Below are positions 8,606 through 20,800 of a stretch of 40,376 nucleotides of DNA, one piece after another. Numbering within the stretch: the first letter of the stretch is position 1; each line of letters begins with the position of its first letter. A program made the position numbers and the translations under genes. The DNA is from Clostridiales bacterium (GTDB lineage Bacteria; Bacillota; Clostridia; Christensenellales; UBA3700): contig JAAVHQ010000025.1 of the NCBI GenBank assembly GCA_014799645.1, forward strand, positions 94,388 to 134,763, given 5' to 3'. The notes under the pieces were generated by a model. The model did not search any database. It saw only the letters and a list, made by a program, of their open reading frames with translations, and was not told where the DNA came from.

Positions 8606-10987
8606 CTAGCAACCTATCGTCTTCATCAAATCTTCTTTAACTTTACTAAGCAATGATTGCGACTTTTCAATCGAATCGCTCTTTACGCCGAAATAAATCT
8701 TTATTTTAGGCTCTGTTCCAGACGGTCTAACACAACACCAACTGTTGTCGTTGAGTTCAAAATAAAGTACGTTGCTTTGCGGTAAATCTATATCGCTAAC
8801 TTCGCCGGAGTTAACGTCAGTTCTTTTTCTTGTAAAATAATCGCGTACTGCAATGACGTTGAAATCGCCCAATTGTTTTGGCGGATTCTCTCTAAGTTGT
8901 TTCATCATATCAACAATTTTATTTGCTCCGTCAACGCCGCTCAACGTTATACTTTGCAAATCTTCAATATAATAGCCGTATTTCTCATAGATGTTGAGCA
9001 TCTGCTCCCATAGGCTAATTCCTTTGCTCTTATAGTAAGCGGTTGCTTCGCACAGCGCCATAACCGCAACGATAGCGTCTTTATCTCTCGCGTGAGTACC
9101 TACCAAGCAACCGTAACTTTCTTCGTATCCAAACTCAAATTCAAGCGCATTTTTATCGCAATCAAGTTCGCCGTTGTTGTCTTCTTGCGCTTTCTCAAAG
9201 AGATTAATTTGCTCTCCTATATATTTGAATCCCGTCAAGACTTCCTTAACGGTCAATCCGTATTCATCAGCAATATCATAAGCCATATTTGACGATACGA
9301 CGGTGGTAATCAAAGCGGCATTTTTTCTATTATCGGGCAACAGTCCCAACTTACTCTTTTGAGACAATTCATATTCGGCTATCAACAATCCGCTCATATT
9401 GCCTGTAAAGGCTTTGTACTCGCCAGACTTTGCGTCGTACGCATAAACGCCCAATCTATCGGCGTCGGGGTCGGTAGCAAGAACGATATCGGCTTTTTCT
9501 TTTTGAGCAAGTTTCAAAGCAAGTTCAAACGCATTCCTATCCTCTGGGTTAGGATATTTCAGCGTAGGGAAATTTCCGTCGGGTTGCGCCTGTTCGGCTA
9601 CAACGCTTACGCTTTCAAATCCCAATTCTTTTAGAATTCTCGTTACGGGAACGAGACCTGTTCCGTTAAGAGGAGTGTAAACTATTTTAATATCCTTTGC
9701 GACTTGCTTAATCGCGTCGGGATTGAGAACAAGTTTTTTAAGTTCGGCAATATACGCGTCGTCGATATCTTCGCCTACGTAAGTCAACAAACCGCTCTCT
9801 TTGGCTTGGCTTTCCGAAATGCGTTTTATGTCGGCATAATCCGTTATCTTATTTACTTCGTCGATAATAAGTTTATCGTACGGAGAAACGACTTGAGCAC
9901 CGTCCGACCAATAAGCCTTATATCCATTGTATTGAGGCGGATTGTGGCTCGCGGTAATAACTATACCTGCAGTAGCCTTCAAATAACGCACTGCAAACGA
10001 TAACTGCGGCGTAGCGTGAAGCGTATCGAACAAATAAGTCTTAATTCCGTTTGCGCACAAAACCAACGCGGAATCAAGAGCGAATTCCTTTGACATTATT
10101 CTGCTATCATAAGCGATTACCGCGCTACCGTCTTTTGTTTGGCTGTTGATAAAGTTTGCCAATCCTTGCGTCGCTTTTCCGACGGTATAAATATTCATTC
10201 TATTCGTACCCGCGCCGATAATACCTCTCAAACCGCCAGTACCGAACGATAACTGTTTGTAAAATCTATCCTCGATTTCTTTTTCGTCAGTCAACGCTTT
10301 GAGTTCGTTTCGCGTATTCTCGTCAAAACACGGATTGCTACACCAGTTTTCGTACTCCGCTTTATAATCGATATTGCTTGACGCGTTTTGCTTATGCAAC
10401 TCGCCAGTACCGCCTTCGACTACGCCGTCGTGCTTGAATACGGCTTTAATCGTGCCGAAGAAGCATTTGCAGTCAAATGCAAAACTCATCTTCTTTACGT
10501 ACTCGCCGTCGAGCGCCGCTTTTACGGGGATTTCAAGTTCGTCGCGGCCGTTTATTTGCGCCCAACCCGTAAGTCCCGGTTTAATATCGTTTGCGCCGTA
10601 CTTATCGCGCTCGGCTATCAAATCGTCTTGATTCCATAGAGCGGGACGAGGTCCGATAATACTCATTTTTCCGGTAAGGATTTGCCAAATTTGAGGCAAT
10701 TCGTCGATAGACAACTTTCTTGCTATACGACCAAAACGCGTGATATATTGTTCGGGATGTTCGAGCAAATGCGTAGGAATGTCGGGAGTCTTGGTCTTCA
10801 TTGTCCTGAATTTCCACAGCCAAAACAGTTTCTTGTTTTTACCCACACGCTTTTGTCTAAAAAACACAGGACCTGGGTCGTCTATAAAGATAATTATCGC
10901 AATCAAAATAAAGAAAGGCAACAATACGATTGCGCCTATTAAAGACACTATAAAATCAAATAATCTTTTGAAAAAATGTTTGTACAT
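8606..10987 (-). CDS. fusion protein: small monotopic phosphoglycosyl transferase (bacterial sugar transferase, PglC/WbaP-C-terminal type) plus alpha-D-phosphohexomutase (PgcA/PGM-PMM type)
   Basis: Single uninterrupted 793-aa ORF.
- aa 1-190 carry one hydrophobic helix (FIVSLIGAIVLLPFFILIAIIIF), the DE dyad in KLSIDELPQ, IIGPRPAL and PGLTGWAQING.
- aa ~205-793 carry all four phosphohexomutase motifs: TASHNP (Ser347), DPDADR, GYEESYG and RPSGTEPKIK.
- The junction is around 10373..10420. Confidence 0.9.
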   Translation of the reverse strand: MYKHFFKRLFDFIVSLIGAIVLLPFFILIAIIIFIDDPGPVFFRQKRVGKNKKLFWLWKFRTMKTKTPDIPTHLLEHPEQYITRFGRIARKLSIDELPQIWQILTGKMSIIGPRPALWNQDDLIAERDKYGANDIKPGLTGWAQINGRDELEIPVKAALDGEYVKKMSFAFDCKCFFGTIKAVFKHDGVVEGGTGELHKQNASSNIDYKAEYENWCSNPCFDENTRNELKALTDEKEIEDRFYKQLSFGTGGLRGIIGAGTNRMNIYTVGKATQGLANFINSQTKDGSAVIAYDSRIMSKEFALDSALVLCANGIKTYLFDTLHATPQLSFAVRYLKATAGIVITASHNPPQYNGYKAYWSDGAQVVSPYDKLIIDEVNKITDYADIKRISESQAKESGLLTYVGEDIDDAYIAELKKLVLNPDAIKQVAKDIKIVYTPLNGTGLVPVTRILKELGFESVSVVAEQAQPDGNFPTLKYPNPEDRNAFELALKLAQKEKADIVLATDPDADRLGVYAYDAKSGEYKAFTGNMSGLLIAEYELSQKSKLGLLPDNRKNAALITTVVSSNMAYDIADEYGLTVKEVLTGFKYIGEQINLFEKAQEDNNGELDCDKNALEFEFGYEESYGCLVGTHARDKDAIVAVMALCEATAYYKSKGISLWEQMLNIYEKYGYYIEDLQSITLSGVDGANKIVDMMKQLRENPPKQLGDFNVIAVRDYFTRKRTDVNSGEVSDIDLPQSNVLYFELNDNSWCCVRPSGTEPKIKIYFGVKSDSIEKSQSLLSKVKEDLMKTIGC

Positions 10988-10995
10988 ATTATTTG

Positions 10996-11517
10996 TTATC
11001 CTAAAATCTTTCCATCTCTACTAAACACTTTGTTGCTACCCAACTTTGTCTTGTCGGGCACAACAGCGTTCGCTTCTACTACGCTGCCGCAATCTAATTG
11101 ACAGGCGTCTCCAACAACGGCGTTGTGATTGACTATCGCCCCTGCGCAAATCAACGTTCCTTCGCCCACAAAACTATTGGCGTTGACTACCGCAAAAGGT
11201 TCTACTATCGAGCCTTGCTTAATTTGCGCCGAATGACTTACGTACGCTTTCGGACTTATCAAAATAGCAATTCTAAAACAAGATCTTTCCAGTTCGCGAA
11301 TATAAGCAAGTCTCAAATCAGCGTTGCCTATAGCGACGATAGCGTAAGAATAATTGCCTGCGAACTTCTTGTAATCGGCAATCTTGCCGACAGCATTTTC
11401 GACGTTGTCGTCGAGAAAATCTATCTTCTCAAACTGCCCTGTGCTCTCTGCGATTTCTTTTGTCACCTGTCCGTATTGACCTGCGCCGAGAATAAGCAAA
11501 TTATCTTTTGTTGTCAT
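10996..11517 (-). CDS. NeuD/PglD-type sugar N-acetyltransferase (hexapeptide-repeat)
   Basis: The N-terminal Rossmann-like LLILGAGQYGQVTKEIAE...IDFLDDN is followed by a left-handed beta-helix segment (GEGTLICAGAIVNHNAVVGDACQLDCGSVV). The track ORF extends to a TTG at 11568. The start MTTKDNLLILGAG at 11517 fits the family better. ATG 11559 is also possible. Confidence 0.75.
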   Translation of the reverse strand: MTTKDNLLILGAGQYGQVTKEIAESTGQFEKIDFLDDNVENAVGKIADYKKFAGNYSYAIVAIGNADLRLAYIRELERSCFRIAILISPKAYVSHSAQIKQGSIVEPFAVVNANSFVGEGTLICAGAIVNHNAVVGDACQLDCGSVVEANAVVPDKTKLGSNKVFSRDGKILG

Positions 11518-11716
11518 AAATTCGTCCACTAAAATAAAAAATTCGGTGCGCTTCGCCATTTCGCTCAAAATCTTGAACGAAATTGGTACTTACTATTATC
11601 CGCCGACCCGCCTATCGAGAAAAATCCTACGAATATTTACGTCGGCTTGTTTTAGAAAAATCAAAGCGTATTTGAATTATATCACTATAACGTAATTAGT
11701 GTATAATTTCAAACTT

Positions 11717-11745
11717 ATTATACTATATCCATAGGGAAAAATCAA
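11717..11745 (-). promoter_or_regulatory. sigma-70/sigma-A-type promoter of the glycan operon
   Basis: Minus strand TTGATT (11745..11740), 17 nt, TATAAT (11722..11717). A second candidate with an extended -10, TGATATAAT, is at 11684..11676. Both lie just downstream of the terminator above. Confidence 0.6.
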
Positions 11746-11780
11746 TAATATAATGGAAGGTTTCTTAAATTTCAAGGGTT

Positions 11781-11816
11781 ATAAAAAAGAGGACTTCCAT
11801 TGATGGAAGTCCTCTT
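11781..11816 (-). terminator. intrinsic terminator of the 3061-aa gene
   Basis: Perfect 14-bp inverted repeat AAGAGGACTTCCAT / ATGGAAGTCCTCTT (11787..11800 and 11803..11816). On the minus strand it runs into CTCTTTTTTAT. It lies 33 nt after the stop codon. Confidence 0.8.
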
Positions 11817-11848
11817 TGAATCACTTAATTGTGAATTGTCGCTTAGCG

Positions 11849-14800
11849 TTACGCTACGTCCTTTTTACCTTTCTTTTTCTTGGTCAATACGATTATCAAG
11901 ACGATAGCGATTACCGCTACTGCCGCTACTGCTGCGACGATGCCTATGATAAGACCAACGTTGGACTTGCCTTCGACTTCGATAGCGAACGCTTGCGAAG
12001 CAACCGCTTTATAGTTTTGAGTGCCTTCAACCGATATTACTACGTAGTACGTGCCCTTAGAAGCTTCGCTGATGTCGCCGGTGTATTCGTTTTGACACTC
12101 TGCATCAGTATAGTACTTAATCGTTGCTTTACCGTACTTAGCGGTTACGTTTGCGAAATCTGCAAGTACAGGCAAACCGCCGTCAGGTTCAGGCATCTTG
12201 ATTTCTTCAACGAAAGCGTTGTCAGCTTGGCTGATAGTGAACTTCATCGTATTGTTGGTTATGTCAAGCGAGTAGTTGCCTCCCTTAATCATCAAGATAG
12301 TTGCGGTATAAGTACCGACGTTGACAGCCTCGCCTTCGGATACGATCAATTCAAACTCAATTGCATCGCCCGGAATTGCGCCGACCACTGCGGTAACCGT
12401 AGGAAGTTGCGCTTGACCGATACCGTTTTCTTCTTTATAGGTAAGCGAAGTATCCGACCAAGTTACTTGACTGATAGTAGCCTTATTTATAGCAAACGAT
12501 TGACCTGCGTTACCTCTACGCAATCTATAGTTTGGATTGGTAAGACCGGTAGCAACTGCGTTGTGCCAACCTGCGTCTTTTGCGTCGCCGTTGACGATTA
12601 CTTCGCACTCGTCAGTGCCGAGGATACCGCCTTCTGCGATAGTCGCCGTAATGCAGTGGAGTTGACCGTCATAGGTAAAGCTTTCGCCATTCCATATAAT
12701 ATCTACCTCTCTAGGATTGATAACGAAGGTTGTCGCTTGAGAAGCAGGAACAGTATAGTTGTCGTTGTCCAACGCAACTACGTTTATTCTGTACGTACCT
12801 GCATCCTTGCCGAATTCAGTTCCGCTACCGGATACCTTCTCCAACGAATACCAGTTTTCTTCTGGGATGTTGCAGTAGTCCGTACCCAAGATGCTACCTC
12901 TTGCGATTGTTGCCTTAGGTAAGTGTACTTCGCGGTCATACTCGAAGGAGAGATTGCTCCAAGTCAATTCGATTTCCTTAGGTATGATCTCGAAAATCAT
13001 GTAGCTGTCTTCTTCTTTAACTACGTAGTTTGCATTTGTTCCCGTTTCACGGTTTACGACAATCTTAACTTCGTATTTACCTACGTTGACTCCGTTACCG
13101 CTTGTTTGCGAGATAACTTCACCGGACTCGTCTCTCTCAACTACGCTATAAGTAGCAGGAGAAATCTCTTCGCCCGGAAGAACGTTGTCAAAGCCGTCTG
13201 CCGTAAATTCTTGCTGTCTAGCGTTGTATACGAAAACAGTTTCGCCCCAGTTGACTGTGAGCACTCTACGTACGATGTGGTACGGATAAGCAGTTGCGCT
13301 TTCCTCAACGCCTTCGATTATATCACTGTACTGATTTCTTACAGTAATATTCGAAGAGTCAGCTTCATTCTTGAATCTTGCTCTGATTCTGTAAGTACCT
13401 ATTGTGTGGTTGTTATCAACTACGTAGAATTCTACCAATTCTTTGAGTTGTACTGCGAGCGGATCGCTCTCATCCTCGTTGACTCTAATATTCATTTGCT
13501 TGAAGAGTTCATCCGAAGTGAGCTGGGTTTCGCCATATTGAATCTCAACGATATCCGCATTGTATCTAATTTCTGCGCTTCTAACTATTACGCTGATCTC
13601 GCCGAAGGTGTCTTCGTAGTTCTTAAGGCTGAGCATATAGTATATCGGAGTTCCGCTAGTAGCGTTCTTGACAGTTCTCTTTTGAGCGCTGTAATCATTA
13701 GCGTCTTGGCTTGCGGTATCGCTATACTTGACGGTAACATCCGACCAGTTCATAGCGCCTACGAGCAAGTCGTCGGAATCGCCGAGCGAATCGATATAAG
13801 ACCAAACGTCAACTTCTTGCTCTGCGCCGTTGTAAACCAAGCCTACCATGCTGTCGACCATATTGTCAATTGCGGCATGCTTTCTGACGGTGTATACGCC
13901 CCAACCTTCGTTGCCGTCCTTATCTTTGAACGTAACTGCAAAGTCAAAGTATCCTTCGCTATCGCCCTCGTACGCAGCTCTAATGCTGTAAGTATCTGCG
14001 TCAACGTATTGATTGTTTTCATACATCGAAAGGTCAAGCCAAATATTGATACCTTCCGGAACTATTTCGCCGTCTTCTGCGTTCCACTGTGTTTCACTGT
14101 CATTGAATGCGTTCAAGATTTGCGCTTTGGTATATCCATATGTCGTACCTTGACTGCTGATGCGTACGCTCACCTTTCTAGGAACGATAGTGTGAACAAA
14201 CGTCGTACCCGATGGAATCGTATAGTTTTTATTTATAGCCGAATATGTAGACGTCGTATTGAAAGCCGCGTTTGCGGTATACGCATTGCTTCTTGCGTGG
14301 CTACCAACGCCCGATACCGTCAAAGGTATGTAGTAAGTCTCCAAATCTCCATCTTCGTTGTATCTGATACCCGTGTAAGCAGCGCGCAAACCGATACCGC
14401 CGTTTGCATACTCAAATTCTTTGCCGGAAGACCAAACGTCCGCTCTTGCCAAGAATTCTTCTTCACTGTATGTAATTTGACTACCTGTGACGCCGTCCTT
14501 ACGCGTATACCAAACGACTTCGGCTACTCTGCGGTTGATGTGATATGCTGCCGCATTACATCTAACGCCGCTTGCGTTGGTTGCGTAATCTATAACGTAG
14601 TTGGCTCTTTCATTGCTATCTATAAATCTGTGATATACTCTGTAATAGCCCACGTCATTGGTGAAGTCAGCCGTTGCTGCGCCGCCGTTTGCTCCGTCCT
14701 CGCCACCTGCGACTACGTAGAATGTCAACGCGTCGTCGATTTTCGTCTTCATACTGCTATCCCACGGCGTACCGCTAGCAGTAGTGATGGTGTACGAAAC

Positions 14801-17800
14801 TTTCGTGTCAGTCTTAATTCTATCAGAAAGATTTGTTACCACGTCGCCGTAAGTCTTCTCGACTGTACCCGTCATATTGATTACTACGTTGACAGGCAAA
14901 ATCTCATAAGAGATGTCTCGACGAACTACCGTCTCGTGGTTGTCTGACCTTACCATGACTGCAAACGTATAAGTACCTGCATTTCTGAAAGTAAAGTCAT
15001 TGTCTTCAACATACTGACCGTTTCTCCAAATTTGAACCCAACCCGTAGGATCGTTTGGATCTGCGTTGACGTCCTCATTGAAGTAGGTATTTCTATGTCC
15101 TCTAATGTAGTCGGCGTCACCTTGGAAGGTAAACGCAAGCACGTCGTTTACGTCTGCAAGCGGACAGTGCCATGCGCCGTCGAAGGATATAGATTTGAAC
15201 GTATTCGTGTCAATCGTAGCCGTTGCTTTGTTGATGGTAAGCGTAGCGTACGTTTCGTCTCTGAATTCGGTCTCAAAACTGATAAGATATTGATCGCTTA
15301 TCAATCCGCCTTTGTAATCTCCTTCGATATTGAACGTACCGACGACAAGGTAATTAAGAGAACTTGATACTTCCCTCGTAGCGTCGATTGCCTCAGGCGA
15401 GGAGAGTACGAATATGTCGGACGGATTGTGTCCCGGGTACAAGCCTCTACCGCTTATGGTGTATATATCGTCGGAATTGAGATATATATCGATGTTGTTG
15501 TTCGATCCCGTAATTCTTGCGTCAGCCGAGCCGTAGGTGAGTTCTTGGTTCTTTACAGTTATAGTGATAGGTCTCTTGGTGATCTCGAAGAATTTACGTA
15601 TGTTGTTTGCGGTAATACCAAGTTCGCTATATTCCGTCGACGTTGGAACTCTATAGTTGGAGTGCGACACTCCGGTAAGTCTCACGGTATACTCGCCTAC
15701 GTAGTGAACGTGACCTTCTCCGACGGAATCACCGTTTCTGTACGTGTACGTAAGAATAGGTCTTACCGTACCGGCTTCTTCGTCTTCTTCCAAGATGTTG
15801 CCAATCTCAAAGCCTGTGTGGCTTGGACTTATGTCGCTGTGGTCGCCGTACACTTCGTCGATAGACGGATCAAAGTTAAGCCAAATAGGTCTTTGCTTGA
15901 CTTCATACTTATCTACGTTGGAAGTCTTACCTCTGCCCGCCGTAGCTCCGATGAAACGGATGTGAAGTTCTTGTTGTACGCCTTCACTGGTGTAGACTGC
16001 CTTCTCGGGGTCTATCGTCATATTTATCGTATAGAAGCCTACGTCCAATCTAGTCGTCACGTCTTCTACAACGTAGAGCGAGAAGTATCCTCTTGCTATG
16101 ATAGCGTCCCAAGCCTTTCTACCGAGAAGTTGGCTACCCGTGTTTGTAGCAGCGTCAGACATAACGCCGACGATGCTTGCAGTGTCGGTGTTGCTCTCAG
16201 AGGCAAATCCATCTCTAAGCGCAGCAAACAACCGCGTGGAATTCATTATGTTGTCGCCGTAATTCGTACCTACTGTGGTCGAATTGAATTTAATACTGAT
16301 CCAACTTGAATAGTTGCTGATATATATCGGCGTAACGAACTCGTTGTAGTTTTCGTTGGTGACTCTTATCCAAACGTAGAACTTACCGAGTTGCTCCATA
16401 CTTCTATTGGCGATGGTAAAGTTCATATCGATGCCATCTGGAATTTGATTACCGAGATTTGTTCCGGTGGTATATTCAAATATATCGGACATTTCGATTG
16501 TCAAATCTGCCAATTTAGTACCGCCGACAACTCTGATGATTTCCCTAATTTCGGATATTGTCAACTCACAAGTCTCTACCGGCGAGTTGGAATCTTCTGA
16601 CTTCGGACTTGCGTCGAAGTTGAATTCGTTGTGCATAATACTGAGGTTGGCTTTTGTTATCTTAAACGTCGCCACGCTGTCAAAACTATCAGAAGGAGTG
16701 ACAGTCTCATTGTTGTCGTCATCATAGCTTACTCTATAAGGAATGATAGTATAGTTGCTCGATATGCTACCGCCGTCGTTGGTGCTGAACACGATAGGAT
16801 AATTTCCTACTCCATTATATTGTCCTTCAACGCTTGATTGAGCAATCGTAGAAACTTCCCAGTACATATAGTGGTCGCCTACGAATTTGCGTCCGTCAGC
16901 CGTATGGTATCTCCAATTTGCTCCTACCGAAGTCGGATTGGTAAGGACGCCCATTGGAACGGTGCTTGCGCTTCCGTAGGTCGCGCTCTTATCAAATACG
17001 TCGATTTCTATCTCTCTCTTGACGATATTGAAGATAGTCGTATCGTTGACCAAACAGTAGTTTCTTTGGTCGTTTGCATTTGTCAAACTTGCCTGAGCAG
17101 TAGTATATGCGCCGACTGTCGAGCCGCTCAATCTTTGCGATCTGAGCGTGATAGCGCTTGTAGCGATTTCGAGATAGTTCTCAATATAATCGCCGTCGTT
17201 GTCGTCCGCAGTCGCGTCGCCGATTTGATTAGCGTCTGTCAAATTTGCGTCTACTCTTCTATATTGTCTTATGATAGGCTGAATGGTCGGAATTGTGGTA
17301 TCGTAAATATAACTCATACCGTCTTGCCACTCGTCGCCCGTCTGTCTCCAATCTATAATCAAAGGTCTTTGCGAGATCTTGAATGCGCCTGCCGCAAGTC
17401 TTCCCGTCCAGGTGAAAATATAGTTTTCAAGCAACTCACCATCGCCCTTTGATCTCAATGCGAGCGAATAGTTGCCCGCGCCATGGTCGCGATTTGTGAA
17501 CGCCTGACCGTTGTCGGTGAGGTAGAATTCAAGATTAGTTCCTATACTAAAAGCATATTCATGTTCGTCACCGTCATCGTTCGTATACGCTGTACTCGTA
17601 ATACCGAGCGCTGCGATCAACTTATCGTTGTCTGGAATATCGTCGCCGTAGAAGTACTCGACAACCTGATTTCCGATGTTGATCTCAACCGGAAGTCTGT
17701 CGATATAAGCTTCGAAGTGACCGCTTACTTCATAGTGGTTGGCGACTTTAATCTTATAATAGATTACCGTAGCCTGACCGCCTTTATAACCATAGAGTGC

Positions 17801-20800
17801 GATAGGATTGGTCGAATATTCGCCGTTCTGCTCCAAACTATATTCAAATCTTACGACGCCTTCTTCTTTGTAGTGAAGAAGTTCATAACCGCTCAATCCC
17901 TTGTCTTTGAGCAATTCTACGTTCAATGCAAATTCTTGCGGAGTGGTTCTGTAAGTCTTGCGCATATCCTGTCTATCGGATATGATAGTCGCTTCGTGGA
18001 TAATCAAATCTGCCTCGTGGCTTACGAAATTATAACTGTTGATACGCGCTTGAACGAGCGGCTCTCCATCGCTGTCCGTTTCGCCGTCTTTAGGAGAACG
18101 CAATCTTGCTACAAGAACGCCCACGTGCGTTTTTGCGGTATAGAAGTTATCTTCGCTACCGAAATTACTTGGATTGGTCGTCTCTGCGCCCACTATATCG
18201 ACTTCGAATACGGTGCTTGCTCTGCCGGCAATAGCCAAAGAAGTTTGTTCGCCTTTGTCATTTAAGCCGTAAGTGTAGATTTTTGCGTTATCTTCAGCGT
18301 AGTCGTTGTCAGCGAACATTGATTCGGTATAGAAATCAAGGAATTCGCTTGCGCTGGTGCTTCTGCTGTTTCTAGATATTTCGTTTATAGTCTGAGCGTA
18401 CTCAAACTCCATATCTTTCATGTCTACTACCAAATCGCGCTGTTTTATCTCAAACGTCTGCGTAGCGTTAGTAATAGTATAGTTGACGGAAGTATAGTCG
18501 TCTTCAATGCTGAGCACTGCGGTCGCGGTATAAGTACCCGCCCACATTGCCGAGCCGTAAGACACGCCGTCGACATCCGTACGTCTATTTACGAGAGGCG
18601 CAACGTAAGTCACGTCGTCGATTGTGATTTGACCGTCGCCAATTATTCTAATTGAGAATACGAAATCTTTGCCGTCTTCGTCAATCTTGCCGTCGACGGT
18701 CATTTTGCTTATATCGGGTCTGTGTCCCGAGCCGCCGTCATAGTATTGAACGTCTTGCGCGTCCATATTCCAAATAATAGTGACTTCTTTCTTGTTGATA
18801 ACGTACGCGCTGTTCGCTTCGCTGAGCGTAACGTTTACTCTTTTATTCCAAGAATCGATAGGATTGGATTGGTTCTCAATTTGATATTGATACCATTCAT
18901 CTTCGTCTACTTGAAGGTCATCGCTGCTAAGCGCGCCGTAACCTGTAATTCTGACGGGATATCCGTCTTCTCTGGCATTAGTATACCTATTCGTAATCTG
19001 CGTCGCGCTGGATTGCGTGCTCGTGAATACGCCGACGGTGATGACGTCGTTCAAATTGATAGACGTATCGTTGCCGTTTAATTTAACGCTTGCAACGCCT
19101 CTCGAAATGATATCGCTGGACGAAAGCACCTCGTCGCCGTAAGTCGTGGCGACTCTATTTGCGCCCGTCTTGAACGTAACCGCAAGCGTTGCCGGAGTTA
19201 TAGTTATTGTATAACTACCTCTATATGCAAGGTGGTTATCCGCTTGAATTCTGTAATAAACTCTATGAACGCCTACTTCCGTAAAGGAAACACTATTTGC
19301 GCGACCTTCTTCGTCCCACTCTCTCGCATTATCTGTACCCAAATCGTAGTTGGACAGTTTTACGACGAGATTTGCGCCAGATAGAGCCATATTACCTCTC
19401 AATGACACAACGCTACTGTCAATAGGCATATTGTGACTTATCGCTTCGCCCGTATATCCATAAATTATGTCTTCTGGGTCGAAATCGTCCGTATCAACCG
19501 TCATATTTCCTCTAAGGATTGTCAATTTCATTGTCGAATCGACAGTATCGGGGTCTTCCGTCCACTTCACGGGATGATATATTCCGTCCGCCTCCGACTT
19601 ATTTCTCGGTCTAAACGTAATCGTATACTCGCCGGCATTCTTGACGTAACCGTCGCTATTGTAAGTAGCTGCGTTGGCTACGTATCTATCTTCAACCTTT
19701 TCAGGAGTAGTCTTTGCGGTATCGAACTGGCCGTAAATATCATTGTGAATATGCGCGTCAAAATATTTTGCGGTTGTCGCGTTGTAACCGTCAACCCAAA
19801 GCGTTTCAAGTTTCGTCTCATTGCCGTTCTTGTCGCCGTAAGTCCACGGAGTCGGATAAGTCTCGACAGGTCTTCCAACCGTGAATACGAAATTGTTCAT
19901 ATCGTTGGTCAAAGCCGTCATATCATCCGCATTGACCTCTCTCTTTGCGAGATATTGGTCAGCCAAATCAATATATCCTTTTGCAACCGAAGCATTGGTA
20001 GCAAAATTTTGAAGATCATTGTAACTGTCTTCCAACTTATTTCTTGCGTCGAGAAGCGCTTGCTTGTCATATATATGCACTTCTATTTCCAAGTCGGGAG
20101 TACTCTTAGTCGGATTGAGAACATTCTCGCTTGCAGTCTTGGAAGGAATTTCAATAGATTGAGTGCCTTTTACGTGTTTTCCTTCATCGTTTGTATAGTA
20201 TGCCCATTCCGCATGCATTGTGTTAGTAGATGCGGTCGTAAAATCAGTGGCAAGACCGAGCTTGTTTTTATTTTGGTTAGTCACAGTTCCAGTCCAACGC
20301 TCATATAATGCTATTTGATCGCCGGTATACGTCTTGTAATCATATTTTTTGTAATCGATATTGCTCTTCGGGTTACCCTGCATAAAAACAGTCAACGTAG
20401 GCGAGCTATTGCTATCATCTATTGCGCCCAAAATAACGGCGTTGTATGCGTTTGTTCCCGCATTTCCTCCGCCAGGCGACGCATTGTCGTTTCCATTAAA
20501 CTTTTTTCCGCCAATTCCGCTAGAACGAAATCCGCCGTTTTCAAATGAAAAACTATAATTCTCAAAATAATCGTTAAAGATTTTTGCATTAGCGTCAACG
20601 TTGTTGGTTATCGTTGTCTGCGTATATCTTCCCATTATGTTGTGCCAAAACAAGAGAGCGTCATAACTGCCCGTACTTGAATGACACTGGAAATAGAAAT
20701 AGTATCCGGCATCTTGAAGCGACTCACCTTTATTAAGATAAATAGCAGTAGGATACCAAATATCCGCGCCGTATGAACCATCTGCAGTATCAGAAATACG

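Noticed and set aside
11852-11962. A search for an LPXTG/sortase sorting signal at the C-termini of both giant proteins.
   Set aside because: The residues preceding the C-terminal helix (AFAIEVEGKSN) contain no LPXTG-like motif, and the 1839-aa protein has none either. They are annotated as membrane-anchored rather than sortase substrates.
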